A program made the translations under genes and the position numbers. A DNA stretch of 64,000 nucleotides, from assembly GCA_009782435.1 (NCBI GenBank), contig WRJA01000002.1, forward strand, positions 9,180 through 73,179. The letters are read 5' to 3'. The notes beneath the pieces were generated by a model. It was not told the DNA's origin and did no database searches. It was given only the letters and a program-made list of their open reading frames with translations. The DNA comes from Oscillospiraceae bacterium. Lineage in GTDB: Bacteria; Bacillota; Clostridia; Oscillospirales; Oscillospiraceae. Below, piece by piece: positions 50,217 to 60,015 of the stretch (within the stretch, counting starts at the first letter, position 1; each line of letters opens with the position of its first letter).

Positions 50217-51539
50217 CTAACCGTACAGCAGATTCGGTATTACGAGCGCTATCTGAGGAAATGCGGTCACTACGACTATAGCGGCAAGAAGGGCAATTGT
50301 GAACGGAAGTGCGCCCTTGAATATAGTTTGCAGCGGGACGTCTTTGGCGACGCCGGAAATAACATAGCAATTCAGTCCGACCGGCGGGGTAATAACGCCG
50401 AGCATCATGACCATTACGATGATAACGCCGAACCATACCTTGTCAAAACCGAGATCCATTATGACCGGAAGGAAGATCGGGACAGTAAGCATCACCATGG
50501 GCAAAGCGTCCATCAGACATCCGAGTACGGCATAGATGATGATGATCACAGTAAACACCAAATACGGAGAAACCTCAAGACTTGTGACAAGAGTCGCCAA
50601 GGTCATGGGCAGTTTTGATATGGCCAAAAATTTTCCGAAGACCATGGCCCCTATGACAATGAGGTAAGTCATTGCGGTCGTTTTGATCGAATCACCCATC
50701 ACGGAAAGAAAAGTTTTCCAAGAGAGTTTGCGTTTGGCGGCGCAAATGATCATCGCAAGGAAAGCTCCGGCCGCCGCCGCTTCGCTGATGGTGAAAACAC
50801 CGGAAAACATAAGAACAAAAATGCCGATGAAAAGAATTAAAACGTCTATCAGGCCTTTTAAGGAGGCAAAACGCTCTCTCCATGTACAAGGGAGAGGAGG
50901 TGTGGCAAGTTCAGGTTTGATCTTAACATGTACTACGATAACTATTATACAAAAAACGGCGATGACAATTCCCGGAAGTATGCCCGCGGCGAAAAGCCGG
51001 CCTATGTTTTCTTCTGCCGCAATGCCGTAAACTATAAAACACGAACTCGGCGGTATCATGATGCCCAATGAACCTCCGACGGACACAGACCCTGTGGCAA
51101 GGCTGCTCGCGTAACCGTGTTTTTGCATCTCCGGTATCGCGACAACGCCCATTGTCGCCGCCGTCGCCGTGGTGGATCCGCAAATCGCGCCGAAAGCCGC
51201 GCAGGCCGCGATAGTCGCGCAGGCGAGACCGCCGGGGAGCTTGCTGAGCCACTTGTTACCGGCATTATAAAGCCCCGCGCTCATCCCCGAGGCGAACGCG
51301 AAGTTACCCATCATAATAAAAAGCGGTATGACCGTCAAAACGAAACTGCTTGCCTGAGTGACCGGCTCTGTTCTTAAGACGCCGTACGCGGCGTTTAAGT
51401 TAACTGAGATCGCGTAACCCACAAAACCGACCAACATCATTGCCATACCGATATTGACGCCCAACGCGAGCATTGCAATGACCGTAACAATGCCGAGTAT
51501 TGCCAATACAGTAGGATCCAAAAAAGTCATTCCTTTCAT
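50217..51539 (-). CDS. TRAP transporter large permease (DctM-like)
   Basis: 440 aa with about 12 TM segments and typical DctM sequence character (GIMIPPS, ITPPVGLN). Confidence 0.9.
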   Translation of the reverse strand: MKGMTFLDPTVLAILGIVTVIAMLALGVNIGMAMMLVGFVGYAISVNLNAAYGVLRTEPVTQASSFVLTVIPLFIMMGNFAFASGMSAGLYNAGNKWLSKLPGGLACATIAACAAFGAICGSTTATAATMGVVAIPEMQKHGYASSLATGSVSVGGSLGIMIPPSSCFIVYGIAAEENIGRLFAAGILPGIVIAVFCIIVIVVHVKIKPELATPPLPCTWRERFASLKGLIDVLILFIGIFVLMFSGVFTISEAAAAGAFLAMIICAAKRKLSWKTFLSVMGDSIKTTAMTYLIVIGAMVFGKFLAISKLPMTLATLVTSLEVSPYLVFTVIIIIYAVLGCLMDALPMVMLTVPIFLPVIMDLGFDKVWFGVIIVMVMMLGVITPPVGLNCYVISGVAKDVPLQTIFKGALPFTIALLAAIVVVTAFPQIALVIPNLLYG

Positions 51540-51601
51540 TGAGACCGTACACTGAATCCGCTGATAACGAATTCAGTGTACGGCATAAGAGTTTTTAGGA
51601 C

Positions 51602-52786
51602 TTAAAGACCCAGTCTATCGAGTTCGGCGTTCAATTGGTCGGAAGTGATAAAATACTTCCGGGCCAGCTCCGATACCTGATCCACAAAACCTTGCGCGTT
51701 AAAAGCGGATGAGTATGTATTTATCCATTCTGATAAAACCTTTTCATGGGCGATCGCTAAGAATTCATCGGTTTCCGCTTCATCGGCGGTTATTATCGTG
51801 CAGCCGATATCGATGGCGGCGTTCTTACCGCGGCGGCAGTCGCCCTCAAAGACATAAGCCATGTCGAGGGATGTCTCGCGGTTGGAATAACTCATGATAA
51901 TATCCTGAAGATCAGCCGGGAGAGCTTCAAAGCTTCCTCTGTTCATCATAAGATAATAGGGGCCCGCATAAACCGGCACTTCTGTGAAGTAGTTTGTAAC
52001 TTCCTGAAGCGAGAAACTTACTATGCCGGAAAACTCGAATACATAGCCGTCCACGGTGCCGCGCTCGACCGCCTGGAAAATATCGCCGGGCGGCAGCTGC
52101 ATCGGGGTCCCGCCCCAAGCGGATACGCTGTCGGTCGGAGCGCCGCCGGCGACGCGCATTTTCATGCCGACAAGATCGCTGACCTTATAAACGGGTTTAT
52201 TCGCCGTGCCGATTATACTGACCGGATTGGTGTGGATCTGGAGAGGAATGAATTCCGCGACTTCCGCTTGCATTTCGGGTGAGGTCTCATAGAGATCCCA
52301 CAAAATGTTTGTGGCTTGCGGAACTGTGGTTATGCCCAGAGGGAGAGTAACGACTTCACTGATGGGGAACTGCCCCGGCCAGTAAACCGGGAAAACCCAC
52401 GCTATGTCGCAAACGTTGGTTCTTAAGGCGTCGAGCTGACCGGTGCCGCCCGCCAAAACGCCGTCGGAGAAAACGGTTATGTCAAGACGACCGCCGCTGG
52501 CTTTGTTGACCGTATTGGCCCAATCGACATGATACTTTGTTTTATTTGACGAAGCGGGGTCATGCTGAGACAAGGACAGGGAATACACTTTGCCGTCGTC
52601 CGCGGGCTGGTTGCCGCCTTGAGCGGGCTGGTTGCCGCCTTGAGCGGGTTGATTGCCGCCGCTCTGAGAGGGCTGATTGCCGCCGCTCTGAGAGGGCTGA
52701 TTGCCGCCGCCGCAACCGGCCGCGAAACCGGCGACAAGCGTGAGCATAAGGATGAGCGCAATGGTTGACAATACTGGTTTTCTCAC
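51602..52786 (-). CDS. TRAP transporter substrate-binding lipoprotein (DctP-like)
   Basis: Lipobox VAGFAAGC, a GGNQP(S/A)Q repeat linker, then a DctP-type periplasmic binding domain. GTG start. Confidence 0.8.
   Translation of the reverse strand: MRKPVLSTIALILMLTLVAGFAAGCGGGNQPSQSGGNQPSQSGGNQPAQGGNQPAQGGNQPADDGKVYSLSLSQHDPASSNKTKYHVDWANTVNKASGGRLDITVFSDGVLAGGTGQLDALRTNVCDIAWVFPVYWPGQFPISEVVTLPLGITTVPQATNILWDLYETSPEMQAEVAEFIPLQIHTNPVSIIGTANKPVYKVSDLVGMKMRVAGGAPTDSVSAWGGTPMQLPPGDIFQAVERGTVDGYVFEFSGIVSFSLQEVTNYFTEVPVYAGPYYLMMNRGSFEALPADLQDIIMSYSNRETSLDMAYVFEGDCRRGKNAAIDIGCTIITADEAETDEFLAIAHEKVLSEWINTYSSAFNAQGFVDQVSELARKYFITSDQLNAELDRLGL
52603..52712. repeat. In-frame tandem repeat (2x21 nt + 2x24 nt + partial) inside dctP
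   Basis: CGGGCTGGTTGCCGCCTTGAG occurs twice, then (C/G)GGG(T/C)TGATTGCCGCCGCTCTGAGA occurs twice. On the minus strand these encode GGNQPSQS x2 and GGNQPAQ x2. Confidence 0.9.
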
Positions 52787-52950
52787 AATGAATCAAATCC
52801 TTTCCATTTTGTTTTGAGTTTTCGTGCAAAGAGCCTTCCGATATTATGCATCATTTTCATGATTTATGTGATTATATTATAATAAAGCGGCTTATGCAAG
52901 ATATTTTCTCGGATTTTCACCTATAAAGTAAATAAATTCAGCGCATGCGC

Positions 52951-53008
52951 GAGAACATATCCGGGGAGAACATATTCTGAATATTTGTAGGAACATATTC
53001 TGAATATT
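52951..53008. promoter_or_regulatory. Direct repeats carrying a 13-bp palindrome (candidate operator) in the dctP/uppP divergent region
   Basis: The exact 18-mer GAACATATTCTGAATATT occurs at 52968 and 52991 (23-bp period), and a partial GAACATAT occurs at 52953. Each full copy contains ATATTC-T-GAATAT. Confidence 0.5.
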
Positions 53009-53113
53009 ATTATTGTACTTTTCAACGGAATATGATAACATACCGCAATAGTAAACACAGTATTCTGCGGTCTTTTCCGGACCTGAAACTCCGCGAAAGG
53101 AGTGAACGATTAA

Positions 53114-53950
53114 GTGTCCGTTTTATCAGCCGTTTTTTTGGGGTTGGTACAGGGGTTGACCGAGTTTTTACCTGTATCCAGTTCCGGGCATTTATCTGTT
53201 TTGCAAAATCTCTTTGTTATGGAAACATCGGAAAACGGCCGGTTGTTCTTTGATGTGATGCTGCATGTCGGAACACTTGTTTCGATTTGCGCTGTCTACC
53301 GGAAAGGCATTGCGGAAATGGCTCTTCTGTTGACCGGATTTATAAAAAACGGCGGACAGCCGCGGTATGAAATGAAGAAGCCCGTAAAAGCCCAGCGACT
53401 GATCATAATGCTTGCGGCGTCTGTATTGCCGCTGTTTCTTATTATTCCCGTAAGGAAATATACCGAGAAGCTTTTTTACAGTACGGTGTTTATAGGGATC
53501 GCCCTCATTATCACGGGAATAATGTTGTTTGTATCCGACAAATTTGCTCCCGGTAAAAAAAATGAGAGAAACATGACAGTCAAGGACGCGCTTATTGTGG
53601 GATTGTGCCAAGCGGTCGCCGTTATTCCCGGCCTTTCGCGCTCGGGAGCGACCATATCCGGAGGTTTGGCTTGCGGATTTGACAGGGAATTTTCGATAAG
53701 GTTTTCTTTTCTTATGTCGATTCCGGCGGTATTGGGCGCTACGCTCATCACTCTTGTCGACGCATTTAAAGAAGGAATAGAGGTTTCGCTTATACCCGTT
53801 TTTTTACTCGGCGCCGTTGTTGCGGCGGGAGCGGGCATTGCCGCGATAAAGCTTATTGAGAGGTTGTCATTGCGCGGACACTTCGGTAAATTCGCATATT
53901 ATTGTTGGATAATCGGTCTTTTGACCGTGATACTTACACTGATAGCATAG
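53114..53950 (+). CDS. uppP: Undecaprenyl-diphosphate phosphatase
   Basis: GLVQGLTEFLPVSSSGHL N-terminal motif and PGLSRSGATISG motif. 278 aa with 8 TM segments. Confidence 0.9.
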   Translation: MSVLSAVFLGLVQGLTEFLPVSSSGHLSVLQNLFVMETSENGRLFFDVMLHVGTLVSICAVYRKGIAEMALLLTGFIKNGGQPRYEMKKPVKAQRLIIMLAASVLPLFLIIPVRKYTEKLFYSTVFIGIALIITGIMLFVSDKFAPGKKNERNMTVKDALIVGLCQAVAVIPGLSRSGATISGGLACGFDREFSIRFSFLMSIPAVLGATLITLVDAFKEGIEVSLIPVFLLGAVVAAGAGIAAIKLIERLSLRGHFGKFAYYCWIIGLLTVILTLIA

Positions 53951-53993
53951 TCTGAAAGGACCGGTTAACCTATTCTGATACGGAGTTGAGCAG

Positions 53994-56498
53994 ATGGCGT
54001 CTGCAAAATCAAAAAAAGACGAGACACGAGCACGTCAGACCGGTGCGAAAAAAAGTGAGAAAACGGTTCCGGGAAAAAAACCGATACGCCGTGAAATAGG
54101 GGCGACGGTGTGCCTTTTTCTCGGTTTGTTTTCTTTTCTCGGCTATTTTATCGCTGACGCATGGTTGATTTCAATTTTGGGCAGTTTTCTTAAAGGACTG
54201 TTCGGTTGGGGCTTTTTCTTGTTTCCGCCTGCGTTTTTTGTTTGTTCGGTTTTATTGCTGTTTCGCAGATCCGTACCGCAATCGCTGAGAATAACCTTTG
54301 TCTTACTGCTTCCGGTTACGGCAGGAGCAATCATCCATCTGTTTGTATCTGACGGCTCTTACAAATTCAGCTCGGATATTGTTAAGGCGTTGTACATTTC
54401 CGGCGCCGAACTGAGCAGCGGGGGAGTAGTTTCGGGCATTTTTTCGGAGCTCTTGATATCCGCCTTAAGTATTTACGGTGCGCTTCCTTTACTGCTTGCT
54501 ATGCTTATTTTCTTTGCTTTGGGTGCATTGAATATTTCTCCGGAAGCCTTGGTCGCCCTTCTGATGAACCGCCGCAGAGAAAACCGGCTTCCGGAGAGGG
54601 ACAAAAACATAAACGAGCCTGATGAAAACGAAGAGATAAAAAATGAGCCCCTTAAATCGACAACAGAGCGCAGAAGTGCCCGCCGCGCAATAGATATCCC
54701 TTTGGATGAAGGACCTGCTGCCGAGTATACGGAAGAACACGTCGGTTTTTTTAATGTGAACCCCCGTGTCAAAACACCCGATCAGGTCCTATCCGGGCGA
54801 CTGACGGAACCGGAGAAGCAAACCGGAGAGGAAACCGCAAGACACATCGCCGACGAACAGAAGCCAAAGAAAAAAGAAATCAACGACCTTGAAAACAAAG
54901 ATGCCGGCAATATAAAACCGGTAAGGCAAAATCCTTATTCGGACGATTCGACATATGAGATTCCGCCGACAGATCTGCTGCGCGCGGGCAAGCGCGAAGC
55001 GGTTGACGCGAAGGAAGAAATTGCCCTTAATCGGGAACGCCTGGACAGCACATTACGCAGTTTCGGAGTGAGCGCGTCAATAACCGGCGTTACGAGAGGG
55101 CCGACAGTCACTCGTTATGACTTGTCATTGGACGCCGGCGTTAAGCTTACAAAACTTACGAATTTAGCCGGGGACTTGGCTCTTTCATTAGGGGTCACAA
55201 GCGTGAGGATAGCTCCGATACCGGATAAGATATCGACCGTAGGTGTCGAAGTTCCGAATAAACTCGTCAGTTTGGTCTGTCTTCGCAATATCATTGAATC
55301 GCCTGCGTTTAAAAACTCAGCCTCAAAACTGACCTTCGCGATAGGAGAGGATATAGGCGGAAATCCCATTGTCGGGAACATTGCAAAACTTCCTCATATG
55401 CTTATTGCCGGAACTACGGGTTCGGGCAAATCGGTTTGCATGAACTCGCTTATTTTGAGTCTGCTTTTCAAAGCTTCTCCGGAAGAAGTTCGTTTGGTCA
55501 TGATAGACCCGAAAATGGTTGAGCTCGGAATATATAACGGCATACCGCATCTGTTCATCCCGATAGTTACGGATCCGAAAAAGGCCGCCGGCGCTTTACA
55601 ATGGGCGGTAGTTGAAATGCTTAAACGATACAGGCAGTTTTCGGAGATAGGGGCTCGCGATCTTACAGGATACAATTCATATCAGCGTAAGAACGACAAC
55701 GAAACGATACCGCAGGTCGTGATAGTGATCGACGAATTGGCGGACCTGATGCTCACTGCGTCAAAAGAAGTTGAGGAAAGCATTTGCAGGATAGCTCAAA
55801 TGGGCAGGGCGTCCGGCATACATCTCATCATTGCCACTCAGCGTCCGTCCGCGGACGTGATAACCGGACTTATGAAAGCAAATATACCGAGCCGAATAGC
55901 CTTCGCCGTTTCGTCGGCGCTTGAGAGCAGGATAATACTGGATACGCAAGGCGCCGATAAACTCATCGGTTCCGGAGATATGCTTTATTCTCCGCTCGGC
56001 AGCGGAAAACCGATGCGTATACAGGGAGCTTTTGTTTCCGACGAAGAAAGAGAAGAAGTCATTAACTTTGTAAAATCCGGAAATGACGCTCAATACAATA
56101 TTGAGATCATGGCGGAGATTGAAAAAGCGGCGGCTAATAAAGCGTCGTTACCGTCGGATAATGCCAAACCTGAATCGGAACAGCACGAAACAGGATATGA
56201 CGAACTCTTACCGCAAGCGGTCGACGTGATCTTTGAAACAAAGCAAGCTTCGGTTTCAATGCTTCAGCGCAGGCTTAAACTGGGGTATTCGAGAGCGGCG
56301 CGGCTTGTCGACCAAATGGAGGAGATAGGGGTCGTCGGACCTTTCGAAGGCTCAAAGCCGAGACAAATTATGATAACAAAACAAGAGTGGCAGGAGATGC
56401 AGTTCATTCACGGTACGGTTCCTCGCGAATCATTCAACGACATATCGTTTATCGATGTCGAAGAGTCGATACCGCAACCTGATGAATATGAAGACTGA
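53994..56498 (+). CDS. ftsK: DNA translocase FtsK/SpoIIIE
   Basis: N-terminal TM domain, linker, motor domain with Walker A GTTGSGKS and VVIVIDELADL, and a C-terminal gamma wHTH (SVSMLQRRLKLGYSRAARLVDQME). Confidence 0.95.
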   Translation: MASAKSKKDETRARQTGAKKSEKTVPGKKPIRREIGATVCLFLGLFSFLGYFIADAWLISILGSFLKGLFGWGFFLFPPAFFVCSVLLLFRRSVPQSLRITFVLLLPVTAGAIIHLFVSDGSYKFSSDIVKALYISGAELSSGGVVSGIFSELLISALSIYGALPLLLAMLIFFALGALNISPEALVALLMNRRRENRLPERDKNINEPDENEEIKNEPLKSTTERRSARRAIDIPLDEGPAAEYTEEHVGFFNVNPRVKTPDQVLSGRLTEPEKQTGEETARHIADEQKPKKKEINDLENKDAGNIKPVRQNPYSDDSTYEIPPTDLLRAGKREAVDAKEEIALNRERLDSTLRSFGVSASITGVTRGPTVTRYDLSLDAGVKLTKLTNLAGDLALSLGVTSVRIAPIPDKISTVGVEVPNKLVSLVCLRNIIESPAFKNSASKLTFAIGEDIGGNPIVGNIAKLPHMLIAGTTGSGKSVCMNSLILSLLFKASPEEVRLVMIDPKMVELGIYNGIPHLFIPIVTDPKKAAGALQWAVVEMLKRYRQFSEIGARDLTGYNSYQRKNDNETIPQVVIVIDELADLMLTASKEVEESICRIAQMGRASGIHLIIATQRPSADVITGLMKANIPSRIAFAVSSALESRIILDTQGADKLIGSGDMLYSPLGSGKPMRIQGAFVSDEEREEVINFVKSGNDAQYNIEIMAEIEKAAANKASLPSDNAKPESEQHETGYDELLPQAVDVIFETKQASVSMLQRRLKLGYSRAARLVDQMEEIGVVGPFEGSKPRQIMITKQEWQEMQFIHGTVPRESFNDISFIDVEESIPQPDEYED

Positions 56499-56524
56499 CG
56501 CCGAAAGATCGAAGGAGCGACAAA

Positions 56525-56970
56525 ATGAGCTCCGAGAAAATCAGAGAGGAAAAAGTGAACCGTTTTTTTATCCTGAACTCCCGGATGAAAAGCTTTCGAA
56601 AATAAGCAATGCGGGTTTAGCGCATATGGGAGATGCGGTATACGAACTGCTTGTTCGTTCATGGCTTTGTACTCACGGTAAACTTACAAATCGCGATTTG
56701 CATGACGCATGCGTCGGTTATGTCAGCGCGCGCTCACAAGCCGATGCTGCAGAAACAATCAGAGAACACCTCAGTCCGGAGGAGTTCGAAATATTCAAAC
56801 GCGGCCGAAACGCGCATACGCATTCAGTTCCGAAAAATGCGGACACAGCTCAATATCACACAGCCACCGGATTGGAAACCCTTTTCGGATGGCTGTTTCT
56901 TAAGGGACAAATACAGCGTGTAAGCGAGCTTTTTCGTATAATAGCGGAGGATAAGAATAATGCCGATTGA
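56525..56970 (+). CDS. mrnC: Mini-ribonuclease 3 (MrnC). The SD-linked ATG at 56525 is one frame off the catalytic domain; a -1 shift or indel at T7 (56563-56569) would be required.
   Basis: Catalytic-domain motifs GLAHMGDAVYEL, VSARSQA, KRGRNAH, KNA and ATGLETLFGWLFL lie in the frame of ORF 56455..56970. AAGGAG (56512-56517) lies 7 nt before ATG 56525 in the other frame. Joining the frames at the T-run gives about 148 aa, the usual Mini-III size. Confidence 0.7.
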
Positions 56971-58714
56971 CGCCGTTATCGTAAAGGCGCTCGCCGGTGA
57001 ACTCAGCGGCGCGACAGCCGGTTCGAGAATCGATAAGATACAACAGCCCGGAAAAGACTTGCTGCTTCTTTCACTTCGCGGCCCGGAGGGAAATAAAAAA
57101 CTTCTGATATCCGCCGAACCCGGAAATGCGAGGATACATCTGACCGGCGCGGATTTTGAAAACCCGAAAACCCCGCCGATGTTTTGTATGCTTTTGCGAA
57201 AGCATATACAGGGAGCAAAAATACAAAGCGTAACACAGCCGAATACAGAACGTATTATTGTTATGGAATTGGACGCATTGGAAGAATCGGGCGCAAAGAA
57301 TAAAAAGATTTTGATCGCGGAAATGACCGGAAGAAACACAAATATCATACTGACGGGAGCCGACGGGTATATTATCGATTGTTTGAGGAAATTGACAATC
57401 GCGTCGGGAAACCGGCATGTTTTGCCGAATATGCTCTACAGGTTGCCTGACCCTGTAAAGAAACCGGTTTTTTTCGATTTGACGGCCGCAGAAAGGCGCG
57501 AAATCATTTTAAATGCGAAGAATGATAAAGAACTCGATAAGCTGATTTTTGATTCATTTGCCGGACTCTCGCCGCTCGTTTGCCGTGAAATCTGTTTCCG
57601 CGCTTTCGGCGATGCGTCGCCTTTTGTCGCTGAAGCGGGACCGAAAGACGCGGAAGCGTTTTTTTCGGAAATCGAAAAGCTGTGCGAACTTGTCAGAGTC
57701 CGGGGATTTGAACCGTGTTTACTGTCGGAAAAAGAAAAACCGGCGGATTTTTGTTATATGCGGATACTTCAATATGAAGGCGCTTTGACCTGCAGAGCGT
57801 TTAGGGATTTTTCATCTCTGCTCGACACGTATTTTACGGAAAGGGACATCAGCGAGCGTTTATCAAGAAAAAAAAGGGAAATTCGAAAACCGGTGAAAAA
57901 CGCTAAGGAAAGAACAGCTCGAAAGCTTGAGAATCAAACACTTGAGCTTGCAAAAACACTGGGGCGCGATACACTTCGAAAACAAGGCGAACTCATAACG
58001 GCAAATATATACAAAATAAAAAAAGGAGATACTGCTCTTCTTTCCGAAGATTGGTTCGAGGGCGGGTCCGAAGAGATCGAAATCCCTTTAGATCCATTGA
58101 AAACGCCGCCGGAAAATGCGGCGAAATATTTCAGGGAATACTCGAAAGCAAAAAAAGCGGAAGAATATCTCAAGGAACTGATTATAAAAAATAAAGCGGA
58201 ACTTGAATATTTGGAAAGCGTTGAGGAAGAGACGGACCGCGCCTCCTGCGATACGGATTTGGCTGAAATAACAAGCGAACTGACGTCAGCGGGTTATTTG
58301 AAAAACCGGAAAAAGCCGCTCGAAAAAAAACTGCCGGAAAGAAAACCCTTGATATTCAAGACAGAAACAGGTTTTGACATATATGTCGGACGAAACAATA
58401 CTCAAAACGATTTATTAACAAAAAACGCAAAAAAGACCGATATCTGGTTGCATGCTCAAAGCATACCGGGCAGCCATGTCATTGTCTCATGCAACGGTGC
58501 GCAGCCGGATCAAAACGTAATAAAAAAGGCCGCGATTCTCGCGGCCCGGTATTCGCAGGGGAGACAATCAGAAAAGGTGCCGGTGGATTACACCCAAGTA
58601 AGATTTGTTAAAAAACCCGGCGGATCGAGGCCCGGAAAAGTTATCTATAATAATCAAAAGACGATAATTGCAGTACCCGGGGAAGCCGACAGCATGGTCC
58701 CGGAAAATAAATGA
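56960..58714 (+). CDS. rqcH: NFACT-family ribosome quality-control protein RqcH (FbpA-like)
   Basis: 584 aa. N-terminal NFACT-N (IDKIQQPGKDLLLL), a coiled-coil middle, and a C-terminal DUF814-type region (WLHAQSIPGSHVIV). Overlaps the mrnC end by 11 nt. Confidence 0.8.
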   Translation: MPIDAVIVKALAGELSGATAGSRIDKIQQPGKDLLLLSLRGPEGNKKLLISAEPGNARIHLTGADFENPKTPPMFCMLLRKHIQGAKIQSVTQPNTERIIVMELDALEESGAKNKKILIAEMTGRNTNIILTGADGYIIDCLRKLTIASGNRHVLPNMLYRLPDPVKKPVFFDLTAAERREIILNAKNDKELDKLIFDSFAGLSPLVCREICFRAFGDASPFVAEAGPKDAEAFFSEIEKLCELVRVRGFEPCLLSEKEKPADFCYMRILQYEGALTCRAFRDFSSLLDTYFTERDISERLSRKKREIRKPVKNAKERTARKLENQTLELAKTLGRDTLRKQGELITANIYKIKKGDTALLSEDWFEGGSEEIEIPLDPLKTPPENAAKYFREYSKAKKAEEYLKELIIKNKAELEYLESVEEETDRASCDTDLAEITSELTSAGYLKNRKKPLEKKLPERKPLIFKTETGFDIYVGRNNTQNDLLTKNAKKTDIWLHAQSIPGSHVIVSCNGAQPDQNVIKKAAILAARYSQGRQSEKVPVDYTQVRFVKKPGGSRPGKVIYNNQKTIIAVPGEADSMVPENK

Positions 58715-58728
58715 CGCCGGTTTTGTTA

Positions 58729-60015
58729 TTACAGCGCTTGGTTTCGTTTGATTTCTTCAAAGTCACTCGCGGCCCTTTTTTTTCTCGCCTTTTCATATAT
58801 CGGCAAAAGAGCGAGAGGAACGACACAGCCTCCGGCGGCTATCATAAACGACGCGGTGTAGTTGCCGCTTTCGGCGCCGGCGGCATTTATCACGGTGGAT
58901 AGCCAAGGGAAAAATGCCGACGCGAAACCGACAAATAAAAGACACATACCGAAATTCGCTCCGGCGTGTTTTGTCCCGAAAACATCCGTACACATTGAAG
59001 GAAAGATACCGGCAGGACCTGTATAACCTGCGACAATAAGCAGAACGACGACAGTGTAGAACCATCCGCCGGCAAAAGTCATGCAAACGGCGGCGATAAG
59101 CATCAAAAGAGAGATGCCCCACAAAGTGACCGCCCGACCGTATTTATCTGAAAGCGCGGCGCCGACGATCCTTGAGACGGCGCTTGCCGCTCCCGTCAGA
59201 GAAACCGTGAGACTTGCCTGAGCAGCGGAAATCCCGCGCGCCGCGGCTAAGGTCTTTATTCTCGGTATAATCATCATATACGCAGCGGGAAGAAAAAAAG
59301 TGGAAACGGAAATGAACCAGAATTCCGGGGTTTTTATGACTTCACGAGGCTCATATTGGCGTTGCATGGCTTTTTCGGCGGGAAGGTCAAGGCTGTCAAG
59401 ATACGCTTTTGACGGAGGTTTTAATAATTGAGCGGCAATAAAAGAAACGACCGGAAAGATAAACGCCATGATGCGGAAGGTCGCGGGGACCCCGAAGGAG
59501 CGAATGAGCCATTCGATAAAAGGAGCAAGCACTATGGCCGAAAGGCCGAACGCGCAGACTGTAACTCCCGAGGCGAAGCCGCGTCTTTGCGGGAACCATT
59601 TCTGGATGCAGTTAAGCGCGCCGGAGTATGAGAAACCTGTGCCGATTCCGGCTAACAGCCCGTAAGTGACGTATATCATCCAAGGATATTCGGCTTTCAG
59701 AAGCGACGTTGCAAACAGCCCGATAAACCCCAGGATACTGCCGAACGAGACGGAAAATCGCGGGCTTTTCCGGTCTGAGACAAATCCGCCAATAAGACTT
59801 CCCACAACATAAAGCGACAGCATAGCCGACGAGATCATGGTCACAGCGGAAACGTCCCAGCCGTAGTGGTCGATTACCGGCTGCTGAAAAACGCTCCAAA
59901 GATATAAAAAGCCCGCGCAGAACATAACGCAAGGGCATGCGAGCACTGCAGATAGTTTGAATTCAGGATTCCTGTTTTTCAATGGCTTCACTTCCGATCG
60001 GTCGAAATCAAACAT
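58729..60015 (-). CDS. MFS transporter, oxalate/formate antiporter (OFA)-like
   Basis: About 12 TM segments, with an N-terminal CAGFLYLWSVFQ motif typical of OFA members. ATG 60015 overlaps the stop of the upstream radical-SAM gene (ATGTTTGA). Confidence 0.7.
   Translation of the reverse strand: MFDFDRSEVKPLKNRNPEFKLSAVLACPCVMFCAGFLYLWSVFQQPVIDHYGWDVSAVTMISSAMLSLYVVGSLIGGFVSDRKSPRFSVSFGSILGFIGLFATSLLKAEYPWMIYVTYGLLAGIGTGFSYSGALNCIQKWFPQRRGFASGVTVCAFGLSAIVLAPFIEWLIRSFGVPATFRIMAFIFPVVSFIAAQLLKPPSKAYLDSLDLPAEKAMQRQYEPREVIKTPEFWFISVSTFFLPAAYMMIIPRIKTLAAARGISAAQASLTVSLTGAASAVSRIVGAALSDKYGRAVTLWGISLLMLIAAVCMTFAGGWFYTVVVLLIVAGYTGPAGIFPSMCTDVFGTKHAGANFGMCLLFVGFASAFFPWLSTVINAAGAESGNYTASFMIAAGGCVVPLALLPIYEKARKKRAASDFEEIKRNQAL

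Noticed and set aside
52603-52712. Tandem 21/24-nt repeats considered as a CRISPR-like or non-coding VNTR array
   Set aside because: The repeats are contiguous with no spacers, are multiples of 3, and lie in frame inside dctP, where they encode the GGNQP(S/A)Q lipoprotein tether.
56455-56524. Taking the in-frame ATGs inside the ftsK 3' end as the Mini-III start
   Set aside because: No SD precedes 56455, 56482 or 56488, and these starts would add a 25-35-aa basic extension atypical for Mini-III. The SD-linked ATG at 56525 in the adjacent frame is more convincing (see the finding).
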